64,000 nucleotides of DNA from Octopus vulgaris (GCA_951406725.2 OX597822.1:93434001-93498000), one strand, 5' to 3'; counted from the first letter of the stretch, positions 14,142-28,251 are shown. The notes: generated by a model not told the origin, from the letters alone. A program made the numbers and translations.

Positions 14142-16280
14142 TGTAGCATGCATACAGTTTCACCTACATTTCCCGCTCATTTTATTTCTCTGGTCACCCT
14201 GTTGAACCTTCTTCTCCTCCTACTTCCGGTCAGTCAACGGCTTCCATGTAGACAAGTTACACGTGAGGATCTTTGCCTCGATTATTCCTTTTATACTTTT
14301 CACCTTGTCCTTCCTTCTCTCTTTTTATTCTACAACTTATACCGAAGAAATATTATTTCGGAAACGTCAAAATTAACTTTTTGCATTTCTCTAAGTAACA
14401 AATTGCTAATTTTAAACTAATGTAGAGATTCTTATGAGTAAGAAGCCACTCTGAAATAAATGACTCAAAGTGAGTAATTTTGTTTCTTTATGAACGGATT
14501 ATAGTATTTTCCTCCTTCTTGTTGTAATATTATTTCTCATAGGGAAATAAATATATACATATATGAAAAGTAGATGCTGCAGGGACACATGCATATACAC
14601 ACGGATACGTACGTATATATGTATGTGTGTGTAAGTGTGTGTTTGTGTGTATGTGTGTGTGTGAGAGAGAGAGAGAGCGAGAGAGAGGAGTATCAACAGC
14701 CTGTTATTACTCCTTATTAACTTCTGAGTTTATGCATAAATTCACTTTCATTTGGAATACATTTAACCGCGGCAATGACCGTGTTTATAGATCGATATGC
14801 ATGGAGGATGATCAACTGATTCTAGATGGCTACATAAAGGTTGCTATTACGTTGCACATTCAAATGAAATATCTAGACAATTTCATGAAACTGGCTACGT
14901 AAATGCTAAACTGGGAGATAAGACCTTTTTAAGAAAATCAAAATAAAATACACCTGGAATTATCTCCTAATTTTACGGTTAAATAAAACATTACATAAGT
15001 CATTGACTAATATCATTTACAGCTCTCTCTACTGTTTAATTTCTAGGTAACATTTCAAATCTGCCGACGTTAAATATAGTAACACTAACTTAACTAAAAG
15101 TTTGAGTAAATTCAATGCATAACAAATACCCAGAGTTAATATTTTCTTTTAAAATATATTTCTTCTAGTACAGGGCATGTTATGCTTTCCCTGTATATTC
15201 TCATGTGAAGAGATATTTTTCCTAGCAAAAAAACTAAAATCTGTTCTTTGTCACTATCCGGTTTATTGATTCTTTTAAGGAATTGGCTGTGTAATTCCCA
15301 TGTGGTGTTCATTTTCTCAATTGTTCTGTTTCTTTATTTCTTTACTCAAATCTTTCATGTGTTTGTCTTTCTGGCGTATGCGTCATTACGATGTTTGTAT
15401 TCTCCGGTGTGTGTGCAATTAGATCGCCTGTTTCTACTAAATATACATATTTTTTTGTTTCTCTATGAACGGAGTATAGTATTTTTTTTTCTCCTTCATG
15501 TTGTGATATTATTTCTCATAGAGCATTTTGTTTTGCTTTGTTTTATTTACCCCCTCTCCGTGTGGGTGTCTAGATCAACTGTAATGTTTTATAACCTAAC
15601 TCCAGCTGCGTAAGATCTCCGCCTTCATTTTGTTTAGGTACATAGAAATTGTGTGTTACTGATTTTAGATAATTTTCCTTTGTGTTTAATATTTAAAATA
15701 TGACTTCACTTTCAGTTTATTTCATTGATGTTGGGAAAACAATGAAAGGTCTGATAGTTTCCATCTTATTTTGGCTTTGTAACTCACTTTTTTTCTCTGT
15801 AGAATTATTCTCCTCAGCTTACGGTGTATTCCTTTGAGATCTCTTATATTCTGACATGTTGGCACTTATAACTCACCCCAATTTTACTGAATACGCTTCA
15901 TTTTTTTTTTTTTTTACTTCGAGCTCTTCTTTTCTCAGTAAAACCATTCTGTCATATTAATCAATACGAAATCCCATGATCACTAAATCAGTTTTAAACT
16001 TTCAAAAGGATTTTCAAGTTTTACCCCTGACATTCTCTACACAATCTAATAATAAAACGTGGCGACTTTCTTTGTCATTGTTAATATATCAACGTTGTAT
16101 TTAATAGGATAAGGGAAAGGCATTAGTTGTGATGGTCTTTACGGGCCCATTTTGAATATGAACCGTTAGACAGTTATTGTTGTTGATACTATATCGTTTT
16201 ATTCTTTCATTAAAAATATTCTCTCCTACAGATTGCTAAACAAAATTCAACAAGTTTAAACGCTTTTCAGCGTCCACATT

Positions 16281-16509
16281 CTTTTATTCTTTTACTTGTT
16301 TCAGTCATTTGACTGCGGCCATGCTGGAACACCGCCTTTAGTCGAGCAAATCGACCCCAGGACTTATTCTTTATAAGCGTAGTACTTATTCTATCGGTCT
16401 CTTTTGTCAAACCGCTAAGTTACGGGGACGTAAACACACCAGCATCGATTGTCAAGCGATGTTGGGGAGGGGGACAAACACAGACACACACACACATACA
16501 CACATACAC

Positions 16510-16550
<41 letters not shown>

Positions 16551-16736
16551 AATATATATATATACATATATACGACGGGCTTCTTTCAGTTTCCGTCTAC
16601 CAAATCTACTCACAAGGCTCTGGTCGGTCCGAGTCTATAGTAGAAGACACTTGCCCAAGGTGCCACGCAGTGGGACTGAACCCGGAACCATGTGGCTGGT
16701 AAGCAAGCTACTTACCACACAGCTTATCCTGCGCCT
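16281..16736 (-). mobile_element. Full-length tRNA-derived CORE-like SINE (family A)
   Basis: Minus strand: A box gctgtgtggt, B box gggttcagtccc, CORE-like caccttgggcaagtg, internal (TA)/(TG) repeat, tail acaagtaaaagaataaaag. Confidence 0.9.
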
Positions 16737-17159
16737 CTTGTGGACTAATACTGTGGTATTTGTTCTTATAATGGATATAATATATAATGCTGTTATGACT
16801 GCGTGTACTATGCTTTCGCTTGTTGTTTGAGGTGATTGCTTTGATATAGACACCGTCTCGGCCCTCTCGGCTCAGTAGAACATTTCGGGCGTGATAACTG
16901 AGCTGGTGGAATTTCAACTGAGTAAACTGGAGCAACGTGAAATGAAGTGCTTGCTCAAAGGTACTTCATTACAAGAAATTGAACCTACGACCTTTATGAT
17001 AGTGATTTCAATACCCTAACCACTTGGCAATGCTCCATCATTAGAAATATTAATGTTCTTTCATGTACATAGTTTACTTGTCTCTAGATCAGTAAGGTTT
17101 GTATCCGAAATCTTTGAACTTTTTCATATTCTTCTTTTGTTCATTATTACTATTACAAA

Positions 17160-17830
17160 GGCGACAAGCTGGCAGAATCGTTAGCACGTCGGGCGAAATG
17201 CTTAGCGGTATTTCGTCTGCCGTTACGTTGTGAGTTCAAATTCCGCCGAGGTCGACTTTGCCTTTCATCCTTTCGGGGTCGATAAATTAAGTACCAGTTA
17301 AGCACTGGGGTCGATATAATCGACTTAATACCTATGTCTGTCCATGTTTGTCTCCTCTATGTTCAGCGCCTTGTGGGTAATAAAGAAATAGGTATTTTGT
17401 CTGTCTTTGAAGGCGGTGAGCTGGCAGAAACGTTAGCACGCCGGGCGAGATGCTTAACGGTATTTCGTCTGCGTTACGTTGTGAGTTCAAATTCCGCCGA
17501 GGTCGACTTTGCCTTTCATCCTTTCGGGGTCGATAAATTAAGTACCAGTTACGCACTGGGGTCGATGTAATCGATTTAATACCTATGTCTGTCCTTGTTT
17601 GTCCCCATCTGTGTTTAGCCCCTTGTGGGTAATAAAGAAATAGGTATTTTGTCTGTCTTTACGTTCTGAATTCAAATTCCGTCGAGGTTGACTTTGCCTT
17701 TCATCCTTTCGGGGTCGATTAAATAAGTACCAGGTACGTACTGGGTCGATATAATCGACTTAATCCGTCTGTCTTGTCCCTGTTTGTCCCCCCTGTGTTT
17801 AGCCCCTTGTGGGTAGTAAAGAAATAAGAA
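17160..17830 (+). mobile_element. Tandem array of three Meta-domain-like SINE units (family B)
   Basis: gaggtcgactttgcctttcatcctttcggggtcgat...agtaccag occurs three times. tRNA-like head gagctggcagaa...gagttcaaattc in the first two units. Confidence 0.9.
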
Positions 17831-18274
17831 ATGTCATCACGACGGACAAAATGCCTAGCAGCATTTCGGCCGTCTTTACGTTGTGAGTTCAAACTCCATC
17901 TAAGTCGACTTATTTTTCGGGGTCAATGAAATAAGCACCATTCAAGTACTTCGAATTTTCAGGCTTTGTGCCAGTAGTTTAAAGGATTATTACTATCACG
18001 TGATTTTGATATCAGTCATGTGAAAGCATCATGTGTCAGTATAACTGATATCAAAATAAGCTTGTTGCTAGGCTCCTGCTGAGTTTCGAACCATCGTTCT
18101 ATGATATTCCCAGCAAAGAACTACAACTTACCATAGGCAATATGTCACCATAAAAGGCTTTAGCACCTATGCGAACATGGCTTGACCACTCAGCGTTAGC
18201 TGATCAGTTGTGGTCAAAAAGGCGAACTCCAATAGGAGTGCGTGTGTTTTCCCGCCAAAACTATTTGCTTCATA

Positions 18275-18475
18275 TCTTTTATCTTTTAATTGTTTAAGCT
18301 ATTTGATAGCCGCCATGCTGGGGCCGCAATGTATCGACCCTAATGCTTAATTTTTACAAAGTCTGGTACTTACTCTATCGGTCTCTTATGTCAAACTGCT
18401 AAGTTACAGTGACATAAACACAACAGCACCAGTGGTAAGGGACAAACATTGACACAAATACACACACACACACAG

Positions 18476-18510
<35 letters not shown>

Positions 18511-18605
18511 CGACGGGCTTCTTTCACTCACAAGGTGCCATATAGTGGGACTGAACACTGGACCATGTGGCTGGGAAGCAAGCTTCTTACCACACAGCCT
18601 CGCCT
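18275..18605 (-). mobile_element. Family A SINE, degenerate and internally deleted
   Basis: tctatcggtctc, cgacgggcttctttca and aagcaagcttcttaccacacagcc segments. Confidence 0.75.
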
Positions 18606-18982
18606 CATGAAACTTTTGCTTACGTCTATTATTTGTAGGCTTTCATGTTATTAATTATTGTTGACAGTAGGTTCGTATCGTAATATCTTATACCTTTGAG
18701 ATAGATGTATACCGTTCTTTAAAAATTTTCGGCAGAATCCCAGGTGTTTTGTTCTGTTAGAGATATTTGAGTTTAAAAGCATCGCACCGGAAGTTCAATG
18801 ATCTTATACTCAACATTTGTGAACTTAAACTGAATTTTGTTCTTGGGTCATGCGCGTTTATGTTGTTTTATATAGCTTGTTTACTCCTTGAAGAATATTT
18901 AATAATTCTAACTTTGAACATTTTTCCTTCTCCAGCAAACCTCGTAGAAATTCCACGTGTTTTGCCAGTGAATATGGATACA

Positions 18983-19284
<302 letters not shown>

Positions 19285-19432
19285 CTTATCAGATTGACTC
19301 CCCACAAAATTTCGGGCCTTGTGCCTAGAGTAGAAAGGATTATTGTGTTAATTAGGTTAACAGAGAGCTCATTTTTGCAAAGTAGCGAATTTGTAGAACT
19401 ATTCTATCTTCAAAAAAATTAATTACTGTTTA

Positions 19433-19749
19433 TGAGGCGCGTTCAAAAAGTATTCGACTTTAGTTTGTCACAATTAATGCCGCATCGGCAAAATCCTTTG
19501 GGTGTAAGGTGACACCACCCAAGGAGGAACAGACACGGTCCACCGGTGCTCCGCACTGGCGGGCCGCGTCCGTTCCTGCTTGTTACGCCTAATGTACAGA
19601 CGTCCAGTGCGCGCTCGTCGGATTTTCGTTTTATCCAAACGCACCCAGGAAAGATATTGCATCAAGTTTTGCCAAAAGCTTGGTGATACTCTCAAGCTCA
19701 AACCATCCACAAGATTAATAAAGTCGGATACTTTTTGAACTCACATCGT
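19433..19749 (+). mobile_element. Internally deleted mariner MITE
   Basis: TIRs gttcaaaaagtattcgacttt / aaagtcggatactttttgaac. Internal RTQERYCIKFCQKLGDT resembles a mariner transposase N-terminus. Confidence 0.8.
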
Positions 19750-19959
19750 GCTCCTGCTTTTCATGCTCAGAGTTCAAATCCCGCCGCTATCGTAATATAA
19801 CTCTTCTTTTCACGGGTAAAAATGTTCATGTTTCAATAGTATTTTTGGTGCGCGACACAAAAGGTTGGTAGGAAGGCGGGTAATATGGTAATCTCCGTGC
19901 TGTTGTTTTGCATTTCTAATAAAATATATAGAAATTATAAAAATGATTTTTAAAAATAG

Positions 19960-20052
19960 CCAGTACAATACTGTTTCTACTTCGCGGATTTTCGCCTACT
20001 ACGGGGGTGGGGATTGGAACGTAACACCCGCGGTAATCGAGGAATTACTGTA
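19960..20052 (+). mobile_element. Tigger/pogo-like right end
   Basis: ttcgcggattttcgc...ggaacgtaacacccgcggtaatcgaggaattactgTA resembles Tigger termini. Confidence 0.6.
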
Positions 20053-21722
20053 TTGTATTTGTTTCCATCGTCGAACATCAGCGTGTAAAAATCTCTCCTC
20101 AGAATTTTAGAACCGAGGGCAGGTTTTCAGTTCCAAGCTGGTTATTCCATATAGAGTACATAGTCTTCGTATTGAGATAAATTTGATTAAATTGTAAATA
20201 AGATTCGTGAAGTAAATTTGAGGTCTTGAAGGTAGAGATGAACTGTGATGTTTTAAGCGGCGCCTTACACCACGCGAACTTATTTTATGGAATTTTCTTT
20301 CATTTTTTTTTATTCTCTGTTTCCTCTCCTTAGCAGCTTGGCTTCTAGTGCTTTGCTTAAACTGCAGTTCCAAAGTTAATCGTTTAGAAATTTTCGCATT
20401 TCTTTCACTATTAGCTACATGTTTTATAGCTGGTGAAAGCAGAAAAATAAATAAATAAAAAGCAAGTGTGCTGTTGACGAGTAGATTTGATGTAAACAAA
20501 CAGCAGGTGTTGCGTATTTGGTTACTGATATTATTAATAACGTCTTCTAAATTACGCTTCTGTTTATAATCAAGCGAAAATGGGATATACTTGAAGCTAT
20601 TTCGCTTGTAGTTGGAAGGCACGATCAGCTCTGTTGTTTGCGTGTGGCTACCGAAGTTTCACTATACTTACTGAGCAGTCAACATGAGAATCTCTACAGA
20701 TTCACTATACTTACCAGAGACAACAGCCAAACCCTCGTTATATCACAAAATATTGGATACTTTTAAAGTGGCAGAATGGCTATGGGTTTACCACCTTTGT
20801 TTATAAGCCTGCTTAACCACAACTGAACTAGAGTAAAACAACATTGTGTGGTATTATATTTGTCAGGGCGTTGAGTGAAACGTCTGTCTAAACTTGTGAT
20901 AATATTCAGAAGTACCATCAGCAATGCAGGCAAGAACGAAAAGCTAATTAGAATGAATTATGTGACGAAGGAAAGGCAATATTGGTTGGTGACTGATATT
21001 ATTTTAACTATTTTTGTAAACATGGGAGAAAACTTTTAACATTTTCTGGTCTTATTAGACCTCTTTAGCGAATCACAGACACACACTTATTTGCCCAAAT
21101 AAAACTGGAAAACTGGGGAAGTTTAATAATACTGAAAAGCCCCAAGAGTTATCTCCAGTATTACAGCAATAATTAGTTTCTAATTTGGGCGCAAGGCCAG
21201 CAATTTCGATGGAGGGTGTATGACATCGACCCCGGTCCTCAACTGGTAGGGTTTTTTTTTATCGACTCCTGAAAGGATAAAAGGCAAATTCGAATCTGAA
21301 ATAATTAAAACATTATTAGTTATTGAACTTAATATTGTATTTCTTGAGTACATAATTATTTCTAATTATCTAATTAGCTATATTAAACATGTTCACACTA
21401 ACTTAAGCAAATGTTGATAATTAAGTAGGGGCTAATATAATAAATGTAGTGAAGGGTGGAGAACATATCGCTAACTTAATTAATTCTGGAGGATTAATTT
21501 AGTTTCCTGTAGTTTTTAATCAGCAAGAAGTCACAAAAGTAACTCAAGGGCCGTGAGTTTCGTGTATGATAATTATCAAAATGACGTACACGCACACATA
21601 AATTAGTATCACGTTTTGTTATATCAAAAAGGATTTCACTCGAAGTTAAAACGTTAACATCTATGACAACAATTATCTAAATCTTTAATATAAAACAAAA
21701 CAACTGAGAAATCTCATGTAAA

Positions 21723-21779
<57 letters not shown>

Positions 21780-22036
21780 TATATATCTTTGAAAAAATTA
21801 TTTTCTTAAATTAAAATTCTGTATTAATCTGAGTATTTTGAGGGGGAGGGGGTTCTAAAAAAACATTTTATACATATACACCACCGATTTTCCGGTATCC
21901 TTCGTTCAAAAACCTTGTTGGATTAACCATTTTGCTGGACCATGCATACATACATACACACATGCACATAGTCGACATTAAAATCTGAATCAAAGAATGA
22001 CGTCGCTTGGTGTTCACTTGATCTATAAGAAATACC

Positions 22037-22421
22037 GTGGAGGCGCAATGGCCCAGTGGTTAGGGCAGCGGACTCACGGTCGGAGGATCGCGGTTTCGAT
22101 TCCCAGACCGGGCATTGTGAGTGTTTATTGAGCGAAAACACCTAAAGCTCCACGAGGCTCCGGCAGGGGATGGTGGTGAACCCTGCTGTACTCTTTCACC
22201 ACAACTTTCTCTCGCACTTTCTTCTTGTTTCTTTTGTACCTGTATTTCAAAGGGCCAGCCTTGTCACACTCTGTGTCACGCTGATTCTCCCCGAGAACTA
22301 CGTTAAGGGTACACGTGTCTGTGGAGTGCTCAGCCACTTGCACGTTAATATCACGAGCAAGCTGTTCCGTTGATCGTATCAGCTGGGACCCTCATCGTCG
22401 CAACCGACGGAGTGCTCCTAT
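22037..22421 (+). mobile_element. Full-length tRNA-derived SINE (family C, tail type 1)
   Basis: A box tggcccagtgg, B box ggtttcgattcc. Perfect 13-bp TSD TATAAGAAATACC (22024-22036 / 22422-22434). Confidence 0.95.
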
Positions 22422-23719
22422 TATAAGAAATACCAGCTAAATTTCTCCCTCTACAAAATCAACATCTCATCAGGTTGGTTACACTGGATAATGCAGTCCT
22501 GGATGTACTGATTCTGAAAATCAGATGGTATGGTCACGGTTGGAACGTTTTTAATCACATGTTGATACGATCAGGGAAGACCGGGATATGATACACGGCA
22601 ACAACAAAAGTAGGCTTTGGGTTGTAATATACCGGGGGGCGACAGAAAAACCTTCCTTATTTTACTAATCAAGAATAGCGAATCTGGGGGTTTTGCTTAC
22701 CGCACGTATAGTATTTTATACAGCCATACACGTCTAGTATTGTTATAAAGACAAAGGTATGGCCGAATGGCTAGGAATGTCACTTTGTAATCAACATATC
22801 CCAGGTTCGATAGTGTGTGGCATATTGGGCAAGTGTATTTTACCATCACCTCAGGCCAATCCACACTTTCTCAGTGAAATTAGACAGAAACCTGTGCAGA
22901 AGCTTGAACAATGGATGGATGGATTGTACCTGTAATTCAATTCCCGCACAGTGTTTCTGTCACTCATTCAACTCGATGATTACGCTAAGGATTAAGAGGC
23001 GATCCTTCGGTATTGGCACATAGACTGTCGGTATGAGGAGACGACGTCATCCACCCCCTTTTTCAACCTAGCCTCTATGTCTGTTATGAGGGAAGTTTAT
23101 GTGGGTGAAGGACGTCGTCTGTTAATACCGAAGGACTTCCGGGTTAAACACATTCATGTCTGCGGAATACACGGCCACATACAATTTAAAGACAATGAAT
23201 GTGATGGTCGAACAATTGACGCAGTCACCGTCGAAAAGGACGCAAACCCAGTCGTTTTATTAGGGTTTGTGCTTGATCAGGCGTTGACCTGATAGGTGGC
23301 GGTAGTGGGCTTCTCAACAGAGCAACAATTCCAGTTTATGATTACCACACCGCAGTGGAAGGAGGAAGCGGATGAGGAAAAGGAGGAGGAGGAGAAGGGG
23401 AAGGGTCCATGAAACAGATATTTTAAACCATAACACAACTGTTATTTACTTTCACGCCGCTCAAAACCTTTGATAAAACAAAATTCTTTTGTCTCTTACT
23501 CACCGCCATTCGCTCCGTTTCTTTCGTCATTTGCCCATCACTTACCTCTAACCCCCCCCTCCACATAATTTTCTTCATTCTCTTCACTTATGCTCGTTCA
23601 TGTTTGTATGGAGCTACATAGGGAGGTCTTCGTGTTTGTCTCTAATTTCTTACTGTACGGCTCACTATTCCTTACACGTTCTAATCACACACTCACACAC
23701 GTATTTATATATACATGTA

Positions 23720-23755
<36 letters not shown>

Positions 23756-23759
23756 TAAA

Positions 23760-25165
23760 AATACATACATACATACATGCATGCATACATAGATGTATAT
23801 ATACATCGATATTATCATATATACTATATCATTTCTATTCTGAGTAAGGGGGACCTTTTTGTATGTATACATATATACTGTTTTGTATTCAATGTATATC
23901 GATCTGAGGTAGGTACGTACATATATGTTTATATATATATATATATTTTATTAACATATATATATATATATATATATATACACATGCATGTATGCTTGTG
24001 TATGTGCACATATATATCTATACATATATGCACACACATTTGCACGTGTGTGTATATGTTTGTATCAGCCTGGTCCTTTTCCTTTTTTTATCATCTACAA
24101 AGCCTTATAAAGATAGTCTCTATCTTTCACTTTTGGTATTTTTCTTTTTCACACATAGACATTGCTTTTCTCGCTCCACCACAAGTCTTTCACTTCTTTT
24201 CTCTATCCGTCTCCCTCACACTTATAACGCATATATATGTAGGTAAGTGTTTTAATGCCCAAAATCCAAGCATTCCTCATATCAAGAAAACCGCGTCGTA
24301 CACTTCTCATCTAGATTCCCTGACGGTCGTATCAAATGTTGGCTATCACTGTCATTGAGGAATTCTCCCGGCGAACGTACGTACTTTATATCATTAGGAC
24401 GGCATCTTAATGACAGACTCTTATCTTCAGGTACAAAAATACATCAGGCTCTAACAATTGCTAGCGCACAACAAAGCTCAAATGAGGCTTTCATAATGAA
24501 GTGTGCTGTATGGGTGTTCAACTACACGTATCCTGGATCGCATCCAGAGAAAGGTCTCTCGATTGATTAGCCTTCTTCTTGTCTTTAGACATGCTGTCTC
24601 CTCCCTATTTGGTTTTCTAATGCTACTATACTGACCTCACTTCCTCAGAGCTGGTTAGTCTCTTACCTCCTCCATTTAGTACTCCTGATCCACTAATCTG
24701 TCTACCTGCCATCAACTTTGTTGTGTTCAATCCCCTAGCACTGCACCCAATACCTCCTTCTTAGAGCATTGGCCTTCTGGAATCAACACCCTGCCCATGT
24801 CTTCCCTGTACTGTACAAATTAACAAACAACAGTTTAAACGGAAGTTCTGCGGGGCATAGATTTTACTGGTCCCGAAATCTACAAGGGCCATGGGGCACT
24901 AAACATTCTCCAAGACTAGACAATTACACACACACACACACACACACACATACACACACACACAGATAGATAGATAGATAAATAGATAGACAGACAGATA
25001 TATTTATATATATATATATATAGATATAGATACATACATACATACATGCATGCATACATAGATGTATATATACATCGATATTATCATATATACTATATCA
25101 TTTCTATTCTGAGTAAGGGGGACCTTTTTGTATGTATACATATATACTGTTTTGTATTCAATGTA
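23760..25165. repeat. About 135-bp exact direct repeat (23760-23896 / 25029-25165)
   Basis: catacatagatgtatatatacatcgatattatc...ctgagtaagggggacctttttg...ttcaatgtat is identical in both places; ORFs 23777 and 25046 share their first 41 aa. Confidence 0.9.
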
Positions 25166-25218
25166 TTTAATATTCTTTGTATATCGACCTGCGTAACTTC
25201 CTTATCTCTATATACTAC

Positions 25219-25264
<46 letters not shown>

Positions 25265-25268
<4 letters not shown>

Positions 25269-25776
25269 AATATTAGGGAATAAATCCAAATTTACAGGGA
25301 AAAATCAGATTTAGGATTGAATCCAATTTTATAGTAAAATATTATATAATATTAATTAGAGACAAAACCACTATTTGCAAATCAAACAAAGAAAGACTTA
25401 AGCCAATACATCAAAATAAATTCCTTTCTAGAAGGTATTGGAATATCTTTCAATGATGAATTCCAAAACAGCGGTTCTATCTTACCTGTAAATTCCATAA
25501 TTTACGAAGTTGAGGTATTACACTCAATATACGCAATTTATCAATATATTAAATAATAATAAATATTAGGGAATAAATCCAAATTTACAGGGAAAAATCA
25601 GATTTAAAACTTGCAAAGAAGGTTTTGAAACCACCTGAAGAATGTCTCATAGAAGTGCTGACACGAAACGATCGTAGTGGTTATTTTAATTATATTTAAT
25701 TTATATAAAATTTTTTTTGATGTATTGGCTTAAGTCTTTCTTTGTTTGATTTGCATAATAGTGGTTTTGTCTCTAA

Positions 25777-25790
<14 letters not shown>
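25265..25790. mobile_element. Penelope-like element remnant with direct and inverted pLTR pieces
   Basis: 49-bp direct repeat 25265-25313 / 25558-25606, about 73-bp inverted repeat 25344-25416 / 25715-25788, hammerhead motif inside, flanked by (TA)n. Confidence 0.75.
25629..25682 (+). ncRNA. Minimal type-I hammerhead ribozyme
   Basis: AACCAC-CUGAAGA-aUGUC...GACAc-GAA-ACGAUCGU-A-GUGGUU: 6-bp stem I, palindromic stem III, GUA cleavage triplet. Confidence 0.85.
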
Positions 25791-25843
<53 letters not shown>

Positions 25844-26072
25844 CACACATACACACACACAATGCTGTTACCAGTTCAAATGTGCTTGAGGCATATTAGA
25901 AACCCATAAGAGAGTCATTCACTGTATTTTGCAATGGATACAATTTCTCGCTTTAGACAAATGGATGTAAATTCACAGGAGTCAGTTCACACAGTTCACA
26001 GGGCCCTCTAACCAGACTGGGATGCCTGCATTTCGTAGCAGAGACCGGAAAGGCAATCGCTGCAAATTGACG

Positions 26073-26140
<68 letters not shown>

Positions 26141-26143
<3 letters not shown>

Positions 26144-26450
26144 TTCCTCGTCAGGGAAACGTTGTTGTGTTGCATTTGTTAAATAATTGTAAACCGTAAC
26201 CCTCCCCCTTTCGGAGAAGGGGCTTTGGTTATTGTTCAAAAATTGAATTGTGTCCCTGTTTGGGGAATTTGACAATATTTTCACCGTCTTTACGGAAGCA
26301 TTTTTGTTAAAATGCCTTCGATACAAGAAAGTCCAAAAATGAATTTCGCTGCAGCCGTACACTTCTATACAAGAGGGAGGACAAGATCCAGTTGATAGAA
26401 ATGGCAAGAGACGGGCCTACAATTCCAGTCTGTTATATATTTTGAGTATT
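26141..26450 (-). mobile_element. Probable Penelope-like 3' fragment ending in a truncated hammerhead half
   Basis: Decayed GLSCIEGILT...VKIL resembles a PLE endonuclease C-terminus, followed by CUGACGA (26154-26148) cut off by (TA)n. Confidence 0.4.
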
Positions 26451-26610
26451 GTTATCACTAGCGATATCAAGATATAACTTTGTATTTTGTATTTTATGTG
26501 TAGATGTGTATATATAGATGTACATGTAATATGTACACATATATATATACACATATATACATTCATAATATATCTACCCATACACACATACGCACACACA
26601 CACACATGCA

Positions 26611-26746
26611 TAGGGGCAGGTAAAGCTGTGTGGTAACAAACTACGTTCCAAACACATGGTCCTGGGTTCAGTCCCACTGTGTGGTGACTTGGCATGTGTC
26701 TTCTGCTGTAGCCTCAGACCAACAAAAACTTTCTCAGTGGATTTTG
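26611..26746 (+). mobile_element. Family A SINE 5' half
   Basis: gctgtgtggtaa...gggttcagtcccactg...tgtcttctgctgtagcctc. Confidence 0.75.
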
Positions 26747-27029
26747 TACATATATACATACATATATATACATGCATACGTAATATTCGGCATAAACACT
26801 CTACCACTACAACTAATAACTGTTGGGAACACTTTCAAACCTGCCTTACATACAAACCGGAATCTCAAAAACATTGTCACTTTACATCTCATTCATTTCA
26901 TTCCCAACACAGGGAAATAAAACTTACTTCTCACTACGGGACAATGGATGATGGTAACAGATATCTACCACATGCTACCTTATCAAGTGAAGTATATTGT
27001 CATCCACTTCACCTCTAACCTTCATAGCG

Positions 27030-28228
27030 TACGGAAATTCAAAGAGCCCTGAAAGACATCCGAGACTGTCAGGCTCCAATGGGAGGTGTAACGCTTCTGT
27101 TTTCAGGTGATTTCAGGCAAACTCTTCCTGTCATTCCGAAAGGCACTGGAGCAGACGAAGTCCAAGCATGCCTAAAGTCCTCTACTCTGTGGCATCATGT
27201 TACAATCCTCAGTCTCACCACTAACATGAGAGCTCAGCTACACGGCTACAAAATGTCCACAAAGTTTGCACAGGACATTTTGACACTTGGTGAAGGCAAG
27301 ATGCCTCTCGATGCTGCAGGACAAATGGAAGTGTGGTCATTTTCCTCTGTTGCAAGATGCCTGTAGATGACCTAAAAAACAAAGTCTTTCCCAACTTCAC
27401 ACAAAACTACCAAAATCACAATTGGCTGTGTGAAAGAGCAATATTAGCTCCAAAAAACATCGCTGTTAACAAAATTAATCAACAGCTAATGCATTCTCTT
27501 TCCGGCACTATACACACTTACAAGTCTGTTGATACAATTCCAGATATAAATGAAGTTGTGAACTATCCTCCTGAATTTCTCAATTCACTGGAGCCTCCTG
27601 GACTACCTCCACACATATAGCACTTAAAGTTGGAACTCCTGTAATGCTACTCCGCAATCTGGAACCACCAAGACTTTGCAATGGAACACGACTGGTGATA
27701 AAGAAAATGATGTCACATGTTATCGAGGCGATCATTCTTTCTGGATGTGGAAAAGGTGATGACGTCTTTATTCCAAGAATTCCTCTTACTCCATCAGGAG
27801 CAGAAATTCCATTTACATTCAGAAGACTACAATTCCCCCTTTGTGTCAGCTTTGCCATGTCCATTAACAAATCTCAGGGTCAAACCCTCTCTGTAGCTTG
27901 TCTTCTCTTGAAAGAGCCCTGCTTCTCGCATGGGCAACTGTATGTTGGCTGCTCAAGAGTAGGAACCAAAAGAAACCTTTTTGTATATGCTCCACAAGGA
28001 AAAACAAAGAACATTGTTTACAACGAGGTGTTATAATCTCAACAGCCAGGAGATATATACATGATCCTTTTTTTTAACAAACTTCATGTACTTTCTTGTA
28101 TTTATATTAATATACATGTATGTGTGTGTGTGTGTGTGTGTGGGTGTGTGTGTGTATCCGTATATATAAACAGAAAAGTCTAATTCTTCAATTGAATGTA
28201 ACCGGGCAACGCCGGGTATCTCTGCTAG
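27030..28228 (+). mobile_element. Helitron 3' portion: Pif1-like helicase pseudogene plus 3' terminus
   Basis: GGVTLLFSGDFRQTLPVIP, AILAPKN, EFLNSL, MLLRNL..RLCNGTRL, RLQFP..FAMSINKSQGQTL and FSHGQLYV..SRV. Hairpin accgggcaacgccgggt, then CTAG|T at 28225-28228. Confidence 0.95.
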
Positions 28229-28251
28229 TTTTATATATATATATATATATT

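Noticed and set aside
22037-22110. tRNA gene (also other A/B-box segments)
   Set aside because: No acceptor-stem closure or poly-T terminator. The segment runs into a SINE body with TSDs and has multiple copies in the window.
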